A stretch of DNA of 60,465 bases, counting the filler, from Sphacelaria rigidula (lineage: Eukaryota): NCBI GenBank assembly GCA_964200075.2. It is 8 parts of 8 records of this genome, joined end to end, with 100 filler letters (N's around TTAATTAATTAA, not from the genome) between each part and the next. Parts side by side here need not be neighbours in the genome. Positions count along the whole stretch, not along the records: positions 45,426 to 52,895 come from CAXNAA020014781.1; positions 52,996 to 60,465 come from CAXNAA020014782.1; 6 more parts are not named here. The stretch is one strand, 5' to 3'. The position numbers and the translations under genes were made by a program. How positions within the stretch are numbered: position 1 is the first letter of the stretch; the number at the start of each line of letters is the position of its first letter. Shown here piece by piece: positions 50,765-60,465 of the stretch. The notes beneath the pieces are model-generated. The model saw only the letters and a list, made by a program, of their open reading frames with translations. It was not told where the DNA came from and ran no database searches.

Positions 50765-52620
50765 CCCACATTTATTTAATCCCACCGTCGAAATCTTCAT
50801 TTGGTTTTTTCACTACTCCTTCCCAAACTTCCTTCTTTTTCTGCTGTACCATCTTTTCAACGTCCGTTCGAGCTGTAGAATACTCCACTCATCCTCCCCT
50901 AATTTTGCTCGACACCCATCTCGCGTGGGCCTCTCTGCTTACTCTTATAGCCTCTTTCACTTCCTCATCCCACCATTTTACTGATCTGTAGCATACGATC
51001 AGTTTCCTCCCTATGACTTTACTCGCTGTGTTCCTGACCATCTGCTCCCATCCTTTTATGGGCTTCGCTCCTGCCCGAGTTCTTCCCATTTCGGTATCGA
51101 CTGTACCTACGCGGTCCAACAGCTCGGAAAATTCCACTTTATTTTTTGCCATCTCTTTGTGGGACTCTTGCCGTTTTTCTCTCATATCTAGTTTATCGAT
51201 TCTCCATTTGTACAACTTCCTACCCCGTCTATTTGTTTTGGATCTCGTCTGTTGACGTTTTTGTTCATATTAGGCAATGATCTGGGGTTCCCACGCCCTT
51301 CGCGCATACATGTACTTCCATTTCTTTACTCTTCCCATGCTATACCACTAGCTCTATATAGTCAAGAACGGAAAGTTTAACCTTGTTTTTGCACCACCTC
51401 AACTTTGGCCATTGCGCCTTTGGCTTTTATGCTCTATCGTTCAGCATCTTCATCCCGTCATGCTCGCGAAACTTCACATTTCTACCCCATTCGTGTTCTT
51501 CTTACCTTTCCCGTATTGCTCAATGATATCATCCGGTTGACGTGCTCTTCCTGTTCTTGCATTAAAATCTCCCACGTTTGTTTTTGTCCTTGTCTTTTAT
51601 ACCTATGTACATCTACTGCCATCTCTCCACACCTCCGTTGTAAATCGTTCACCCTACGCTTCGATTCTGAAGGCATGTAGATGTTACCTACGAAGACGTC
51701 CTTCGTTCCCCGCTCTCCTGGTACCCTTGGCCATATGCTCTCGTCGAGTTTCGTGTCGTCGATCACTTCTATACTGTCACGCAGATACTCCTTGACCAAG
51801 ATTCCTACTTCCCCGGCTCCCCTGCTCTTGGACCTGTGTCCCTTCCGCTTCTTTCCTATTCATGCGTTCTCTTCAACTTTGCATCCTTTCTCTACCCCCT
51901 CTTTCTCCCATGACCGTTGGATTCCTAGTATATCTAGGTCGTTGCTGCTCACTTGTTGCGCTATCTCTTCTCTTTTGCGCTTGTCTGGGACGAACCCACA
52001 AATGTTCCACGATCCTATTCTTAACTTCCTTTCCGAATCATTATCTTCTCTCGTGTTGTCTACTGTTTCCTCTTCGTTACTTGTACTCTCGCTTTCCCTC
52101 CCTCGGTTGTTCTTCCCGTTTCTGCGTTGGTCTTTGTCTACTTGCTTCGGGCCGCAATGCCCCCTCCCTTTTCCTTTCCAGACACTTACCTGTTCTTGCC
52201 TCTCTCCCTCCGTTTACCCGTTAACTACGTCCTAGGTCTGTTGTTCCATTAGCTATGCATACTCTCCACCCTAATCTTCTAACCCATGCTGACACCTTAC
52301 TTGTCTCTATCCTTTCTCACTCTGTTTTCGCGCTCTGTTTTAGCGTGACTCGGAGTGTTCCCCCTCCCCTTCTATTTTTCCTCTTGCCAAGCAGTGTGGT
52401 CCAACTCCATTGCACTTCATATTAACCTCTATTCTTGTCGTATCGCTACGAACTCCGAATACCAGCACTCCTAGTACTTTACCCGTCCACTCTTTACTTA
52501 TCCATCCGCCCTTCCTTACCGTCTCCCTCTCGATCTCGTCCGAGAAAATCTACAGCTTGTTCGATTCAATTGTGATGGTGGGATGCAGTCAGCGTACTGG
52601 AACATCCCAATCCTAGTACT
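50765..52620 (-). mobile_element. Degenerate LINE: APE endonuclease and start of ORF2, truncated before the RT core
   Basis: Minus-strand LRIGSWNICG...DLDILGIQ..W...GEVGILVK...FVGNIYMP...MGDFNA, then KWWDEEVKEAI, with stops and frameshifts. A small related fragment is at 37856-37930. Confidence 0.88.
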
Positions 52621-54852
52621 CGTTGGGGGTCTGGTGTCTTTCAGTTCTTTTGCTGGCTCATCGAAACTGAATAATGCCTCCAACATGGGCTCGTAGCCTG
52701 AAGCCAAGTTGAACACCTTTGACACAAGTACCCCACGGTTGTGCCAGGCGATTTTCATGGTAAGCCATCCAGACGTCCCACGATCGTATCTTCTATCTTC
52801 TTGCCCCTCAGCTGTACTGGCTACGTTCCTCCAGGGAGGTCATTTTCACCGTTTAAGGTTCAAGAGCGGCTTGCATAACACAAGGTCTTACTCACNNNNN
52901 NNNNNNNNNNNNNNNNNNNNNNNNNNNNNNNNNNNNNNNTTAATTAATTAANNNNNNNNNNNNNNNNNNNNNNNNNNNNNNNNNNNNNNNNNNNNGTGAG
53001 GCCAGTGGATTCTGGAGAAGTCCCTCACTGAATAGCCCTCTTGTCCAGATCGTCTGGCAAAGGCTATAGCTTCATACAGGACTTCCATCATAACCACAAG
53101 CCAAAGCTACACAGCATGGCGGCTGTGTGTACATACATTCGCTATCGGTGTATGAGATTTGAAACCAGTCGAGTTTGATGAGTACTTGGATCCGCATGCA
53201 CAAGATAATATGAAATGGGGGGCAAGAGGATGAGTTCTCAAAGACTTCTGCTGTCTCTCGACTCTCATCCACCGATTCCATGCCGTATGTGGGACTTGAA
53301 CAGCAAAAGCTGCTCGAAAATAAGAGTCCTTTTTTGCCCAATTCAAGGTATTGGTGGGCAAAACGAGGATTTATTTCGAACAGTTTATTGTGGTGTACAA
53401 ATTCCATTTGCGAGTGTATATGGGATTTGCACAGCCTCTGCTGTTGTTCGAAATAAATCATTTTGGCCTGATTCCAATCATTTGGAATCAGGACTTATTT
53501 CGAACAGCTTTGGAGATTCCAGATTTCCATAGCACTTGTGCCTCCAAAAACAACCCAGGGAATTTTGATGTCGACACAGCCCTTCGAGGGCCCCAACATT
53601 GAAAATCCTCTAGAGCATTATCACGAAAACCCAAGATCCTCTAGGGGGGATTTTAAAACGGACGGAACCGAGGATGACGTTTGAAAATTCCTCTACGAGG
53701 TAGCTAGGCTTCAGTTCCGTATGCGCGTTTTTTTCTTGAAATTAAGGTCCGTTTTTTTTTTATATAAGCTTTTTATTTGTTTTTAAGCCCCGTTTTAAGC
53801 TTTCTTAACGCAAATTAGGCGCGCTTTATGCGCCTTATTCCCGTCCTTGTCGTGGCGTTGTGGCAGTATCCCCTCACGAGGCGTGCCTTCTAGCATGAGG
53901 ACAAGACGACAAGCTGGACATTCGAAGTTTTGTTGAATATTCATAATAAAAAAGTGAAACTGTTCTTCAGTTATTATTGAGGTTGGAGATCACAACCTGC
54001 ACACCTACAACCTAACCCACGTGCGGAAACAACAAACGCCACTACACTCACAATACTTGATACAGCAGTACGGCATTGTAGCCTCTACACAAATGACATT
54101 GCAACCTTTGGCCTCTCGCCCGGCAAGCTACAAGCTTCAAGCTACCACCACCCCCCGCATCATCTACCGTCAGTCGAAATTGAAAATCTTGTCGAACTAC
54201 CAGTATCGATTGTACTTCATCATAATGATTGTGGATTCCATCCGGTCACCTAACGCCTTCTCCTACCGGGAGTTCGATCACCCCCTCGAAATCGAAAACG
54301 CTCGCTCCATAGACGCGGACGATGGCTAGCTAAGTACGATGTCTATCGCCACGAGATACCAACTGGGAAGCCTGTTCTTATTGTCATCTCAAAACAACAG
54401 CAAAACGTACTCCGAGTGCGCGCCTGAGGCCGCGACCAAAAAGTCGTCTTTCTCGGACAGTAGGCCCGCCGTGACCTCGTGGGTTACAAACGCTGTCATC
54501 ACTCGATATCACTTCTCTCTGTTGGTGCTGCCGTCACTACTGCATGATGTCTGCTGTGTGCTCTACAACGTACAAGTGTATTGTTTATTTTGTATCTAGT
54601 AACATTTTCGAAAGCAACATAGTACCATGTGTATTAAATATAAATTGGAGCAGTCTGCTCATCAGACCCGCAACAAAATAGGGACACGAAACGTGACCAT
54701 TGAAATATGAAATATTGAGTGTTTGAGCCTGAAGCCTGACGCCTGTCGGCCTGTCTGGTGACGACTTACGCCACATGGAGCACTTGCGAGCAAAACAAAA
54801 TCGCAACTCACTGCGCGTTTTATGCGCGTTTATGCGCGTTTTAAGCAAGTTG

Positions 54853-55131
54853 ACTCTTGGACCGCGAGGTTAGTCTTCTGTTGAATCGGCATCAATTTCA
54901 AGTGAAAAAAAGTATGCATGATCCAGAAAGACTTATCCCGCGGTCTAAGGGTTAATACGCTTTGAGTCGTCTGTTGAATCGGCATCAATTTCAAGTGAAA
55001 AAAAGTATGCATGATCCAGATGAAGCGTATTAACCCTTAGACCGCGGGATAAGTCTTTCTGGATCATGCATACTTTTTTTCACTTGAAATTGATGCCGAT
55101 TCAACAGAAGACTAACCTCGCGGTCTAATGG
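54853..55131. mobile_element. Inverted pair of piggyBac-type micro-MITEs with a partial copy between them
   Basis: About 54860-54962 is the reverse complement of about 55023-55125. TTAA|CCCTTAGACCGCG at 55030. Confidence 0.8.
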
Positions 55132-56365
55132 TTACGCCGATTATAAGCTTTGCGCTACACAGGCCTATTTAGGCTCAAAAAAAACTCTATGCGCGCATAC
55201 GGAACTAAAGCCTAGAGGTATCCGAATGGCCGCGTGTGACCTCGAACGGGAACAACATAAAACGTGCCGTTGACAGGGGCATAACTGGAGGCCTGCCAGA
55301 CAGGTCAACACAATCAAACGTGAACCTGAGGATCGCATTGCCCTCGCAAACCAAAACACACCGCTGTATTCGTTGCTGCTCATCAGCTGAGCGTGCTGTG
55401 CGTGACCTTGCTTAAATCGGTTCAGATTTCAATGAGAATCGATTATTTGCGTGAGACGTGCAGACAGGACACGCTCACAAGCAGTCAGCAACGGCACGTT
55501 TTCGGTTGTATTTGACACGCACGCGGCCGTCTCTCGTCCAATACTGGACGGATTTCCGTCGAACAATGACTGCCGTGTGTAGATGACTGATAGCTGGCGC
55601 TTGAACTAATGTGCATGAGTGGTATGGGTGTCGATGCGTGGCTTTTCGTGGCTCGGTGTGTCGGCGCTGTGCTACCTAGTTGAGTCTTGTCCGCAGCAGT
55701 ACAGAGATGTTGGACTGACGCGGCCACTTTCAGAACCGCCGCATTTTTGTACGTGACCTCAGCTCCCTGACCTTCGATCTGGACAAAACTGCTTGTCGAA
55801 AGGACTCAGCACTGGTCGTTGTGGGTGCAATCACTTGTTATGAATGACTCTATATAAAGTGACAATCACTTCTGATAAGACCCCGCCTGACTATAGAACG
55901 GTCTCCTCGATTTTGAAGAAATCAGGAGAACTCGTATTTGCGAACTCAAAATCGAGATTCGTTGCCGGAAAATAAGTCGGCCGTACAGTATGTATGCAGC
56001 AAAATTTAATGTTTTTCGTGCACCCCGGGGGTACTCGTAGAAAAACATGCCGGAATGCAACGGATATATGAGGGTATAAGCAGGCGTCTCTAAAAATTAG
56101 ATATACGACGCAGCCGCAACGTGGTGAACGGAAACGTAACAATATGCGCACATACGGCGATGAGCAATCAACAACCCGAAACTTGACGCGGGATAACGAT
56201 TATTTTGCTGTATCCTGAAAACCTCCTCGCGGAAGTCTCTTTGCAGTTGTGGGCAGGACCCCTAGACCACCACAAGCTGCATTCGCATTCAAGTGTACAT
56301 GATACCGATTCAATAGACAGGCCCAGCGCCGATCCATTGTACTGGCTCTGATGGTCGTCGGCTTA

Positions 56366-56680
56366 ATTGACCCGTAGACCGCGAGAGTAGGTCATATGAT
56401 ATGTTGAATTGGCATCGATTTCACTTGTGAACAAGGTATGCACGATCCAGATGGACTACCATCGCGGTCTATTTGACCGCGAGGGTAGGTCACCTGCTGA
56501 AAACCGGCATTAATTTTCACTTGAAAAAAGTATGCGTGATACAGATGGACTACCCACACCGCGGTCTAAGGGTTAGACCACGATACGGGTAGAGTCGTCC
56601 ATCTGGATCACCAATACTGTCAAGTGAAATTAATGCCGATTCAGTCGATGGACTATACCCTCGCGGTCAAAGGGTTGAGT
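56366..56680. mobile_element. Three adjacent degenerate piggyBac-type micro-MITEs
   Basis: Repeated GACCGCGAG.GTAGGTCA...TTTCACTTG...CGCGGTCTAAGGGTTA. A further partial copy is at about 60366-60420. Confidence 0.7.
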
Positions 56681-58932
56681 TATCTGGTTCATCTGTCGTC
56701 ACTCGAAGGGTTTTTCAACCGGTCGGCCTCGGAGGGATATTTTTTTAGTCGCTGCATAACAATACATCACCTCTCCGCCAATCGAATTTCGTAGAGGGTT
56801 GCTCGTGAAGTACGGTAATGAACGAAAAACCCTTCGCGTTCGAAGGGTTAATTGATATCCGGCAGGGTCTCACCTGGGTTCTACTTACATTCTTCGAGTG
56901 AAAGTGATACCAATTCAACATGTATGTGATCCTTGGTGGTCAAAGAGAAAACTCGGGGACCCAGGGCAGGTCTGCCGTGGAATCGGCGTGACTTCCAATT
57001 GAATGTAAATGCGCGACCCAGGTGATTCACCCTGGCGGTCAAAGGATTGAGTTTCCCTCCTGCTGTTGACAGTTTAATATTATCGTTGGCCCTAGATACC
57101 AGAGCTATCTTCCGAAATGCACCCAAACACGATCTCTCAGACTCGACATGTTTCGAGCCGTTTCGGAAGAAGAATCGAAATCTCACATCGTTCCCGTTTT
57201 TTCACGACCTTTCGAAGCACCTCCGTCCACAAGATAACCCTTTGTCCTGAGAGAATGTCGTTGTAGTTACACCGAAACTGAAACCAATCCCAATCCAGAA
57301 ATTATCGTATGCGTGGGTATTGATACACCGAGTGTCGTCTCCAGGTGGCAACAGCAGTACAGATGCCACTATCATTTTCCAAGAAGTATGCATTCCGATC
57401 CCAAGATCCAATGCGACCAGATCGCTGCAGATCGAATTTGCGCAACCCCCACCCATCTCGCCACATTCCAGCCTGTGTCCACCGGGGTTATCTGCGACGA
57501 AGCATACACGAGCATCAATTAGACCACCAGCGTCAGGTGAGATTCCTCAATTGTATCACCAGCCAGGTACTTACTTGACGAGCGTATTTCCACAACATGC
57601 TTGATCGTCGCGCAATTGCGCAGTTGTAGTGCAAGCATCAATAGCGTAACGTGAGTGTTCTGTTCCGTTGCGGGTTGCAACTGTTGGTACGGGAGTGATC
57701 ATGGTTGGTGACTGGGTTGTGCGTTGGGAAAGAGACTCGAAGCCGTTTGCATGTTGCAAACAGTGATAAGTATTGCCTGAAAGGCTGGAGGGGGGTGCCC
57801 GGTTTCGACGCATGGATTCTGAGTGCCTGTGTGCTTTGGGTGGTGGTGTTGTATGTAGGCGATCATGCTTTGCGTACGCCGTACACTATATTAGTGTATT
57901 TCCATGACCGGAGCGGCCGAGGGTATTTACCATTTTGATGGTGCGGGCCTTCTGAAACATTGCCGCACCACTGCTGTAGTCGGTGTTTGTGTTTTACCTG
58001 CAGGGTGTCCTTGCTCACATTTCAGCTGACGCTTGCAGGTCAACGTGCGGCCACAGTTTCGTCGTTGCGATCCGATCAATGTTCTGGGTTGAGCTGGGCA
58101 GTTAGTAGCATGTACATGCAGTAGATTCAGCACGCTTCCGAACTGCACGATGTGGCACTGGTTGGGGGTATCTTCAGCCACCCCATATGTTCCGGTCTTT
58201 CGAGTACAGATGACCCGCCGTGACTCACGAAGGATTGGAAGGGGGGGTTGTTGACATACAGATGTAATTGCCTGTGGATATGTTCGACGGTGAGCACAAT
58301 ACGGCACGCCTAGTTTGAGCCACAGCACTCCAGTATTTTTTCTGGTAATTGATTGATTGATTGATTGATTGATTGTCGCACTCTACGTACTTGATTCCCC
58401 AGGAATCCAGCCGTGGTCACATGATCCTTGCAACCATAGACTGCTATCATCGTGCGATGGCACGCGCAGGCAACAGCACAGACATCACGGCACAGTACAG
58501 TACAGTTCAGTACTTCGGGAGCCAAAATGTTGAAATGCCAGATTCCACAGAACCGTGCAAAACCTGCACAATTCATTTTCAGCTGCCACCACAACCCTGC
58601 GGCATAGCGCTCGAGTACTGCAGAGCACAGAGATACTGTAGAAAACTACGATAGTTGGGCATTTAATGTTTTTTGTCAGCGAGGACTTGAGCATCTTCTC
58701 TGGTTGGGGTCGGCAACGGAATTGCGTGGTGGGGTTGGGGACCGACTTGCGTACACGCTCATGGACTGCTAGCAGGGAAGTACCGAACTAACCTTTTTGT
58801 TCAAGCCCTTTTCACGTCGCATTATACTCGCATACAGACTGCAGGTAGTCATGTTCTGTTGGTACTGCACGTTGCTCGCTACTTCTTCATGCCCTACAGG
58901 CTGGGTCGCCGAAGATTCGAACAGGAATGTTG

Positions 58933-59716
58933 AAACGCGAGTCTTGAGCTCGATGTTAGATAGTTTTCGATGAAATTTTGACACAATGTACAGGACGTAC
59001 ATGTTAAGACCCCCGGAAATCCCCCCCATGTTTTTTTCTTCGGGAGTTATCGGCGATTTAGTTTCGAAAAACTGTCATGAAATGTTCAGTCGCAGATACC
59101 TCACGGACAAGAAAAACACACGGGAGGGGGGGGGGTCCGGGATCTTTGCATGTACGTCCTGTACATTGTGTCAAAATTTCATCGAAAACGATCCAAAATT
59201 GAGCGAAGGATACGCGTCATTTGGTCGAGAACGCGTTACTGAAGTATGTGGAGGTGGACCAGTTACGAATAATTCACACCTTGAACAATATATGGCCAAT
59301 AGTTGCAATAGACAAGAAACGTACTGCATAAAGTATAGGCCTATCGTGACTGTTGTCGGCCGGGAAAAGTTACGATAGGCCTATACTTTACGCAGTACGC
59401 TTCTCTATTGCATCTATGGACCATATATTGTCCAGGGTGTGGAAAAATTCAAACGCATTTATGCTGTTCAATTTCAAGCTATTTTCGATGAAATTCTGAT
59501 ACGGTGTACAGGACGTATGTGCGAATACCGAACCTTTCCTCCCTTTTTTTTTTCTTTGTTATTGGCAATTGCGTTCCGGAAAATTGTTCTGAAATGTTGC
59601 GTCGACAATAATAACTCACGAAGAAAAGAAAAAACACGGGAGGAACGAAGGGGTGTTTGCACATACGTCCTGTACATCATGTCTAATTTTCATCGAAAAC
59701 GACTGTGTATTGAGCT
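58933..59716. repeat. Three consecutive fold-back elements
   Basis: Two copies of a TTTTCGATGAAATT..TGTACAGGACGTA / TACGTCCTGTACA..AATTTCATCGAAAA palindrome (about 58933-59217 and 59478-59716) flank a different hairpin at 59275-59441. Confidence 0.8.
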
Positions 59717-60465
59717 CGGGCATTGTGCTACAGCTTGTGCGGCACCACGCGGCACAAAACTGACCGTAACCGGAAATCCACGTTTTATCGGAAAAATGTT
59801 GATCATCAAACTTTTCAAAGAGGATAAGAGACTGATGAATTCAGGGTTGACTGGGTTTTCCGAAAACTCGATTATTTTCAGTAATATTTTCCCCCGAGAA
59901 GTCGCCAGAAAATTCCAATTTTCGATCTGTAAGAAAAAAAAACGCGGTTCCACCCTTGGACGGCGAGAAACAACGCTTTCGTTGGATTGAGAGTAGTAGA
60001 GTGTTGATTGAGAGCGGGTTTTATGATTCGGTTTAATGTGACCAATTTTATATCCTGTGTTTTCTTCGCCTGTAACACTGGTGTGTGCTTCCAGCTACAC
60101 GTCCATATCCACCCCCATCCCTGCCTCCAAATCCACCGAATTTCAAGCTTTAGGAGCTTGAATGCCTTGGGGGTTGAAACGGGAGTAAACGTGGATACCC
60201 CTTGCTGACCGAAACGGTAAAATGCCCGTGATAAGATGCTATGTCCCGTTGTTTTTTGGTCAAGTTCATGTACAGCAACTAAGAACTTCAGTGTCGACTA
60301 CACTAACACTTGATGAAGGCCATGATATCCGGCACATGTACTCTGTGCACTTAATCATGTACCTATTAACCCTTGGACAGCAAGAGTAGGCCACCTGTTG
60401 AATCGGCATCAATTTCAAACAGCCAATCATCTATGTTGAGGATGGTGCTTTTGATTGAGGATGAG

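Overview
This is eukaryotic, intron-rich, repeat-dense DNA, most likely from a brown alga (Phaeophyceae). That call is inferred from an Ectocarpus-type ROCO gene, Copia Gag motifs and long GT-AG introns. The window is not one locus. It is eight pieces of 7471 or 7470 bp joined by identical 100-bp spacers (44 N + TTAATTAATTAA + 44 N), which points to size-sorted unlinked contigs, so gene neighbourhood across spacers has no meaning. Manual splicing gives three partial genes. (1) A ROCO GTPase (ROC-COR) followed by a putative Zn-binding motif, two 45-nt symmetric micro-exons and a C-terminal two-helix membrane segment. (2) A tandem C2-like protein whose Ca2+-binding loop 3 appears to be replaced by long Pro/Thr and Gly/Asn repeats. 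(3) The 3' end of an HTATIP2/TIP30-like NAD(P)-binding protein, preceded by an in-phase 1020-nt disordered exon with TPSR repeats. The rest is mostly mobile DNA: a deleted Copia element, a LINE endonuclease fragment, tRNA-derived SINEs, and MITEs of PIF/Harbinger, piggyBac, Tc1/mariner, CACTA-like and Ginger-like type. There are also fold-backs and a hairpin-repeat array that resembles CRISPR in layout only. Most ORFs in the supplied track are spurious.
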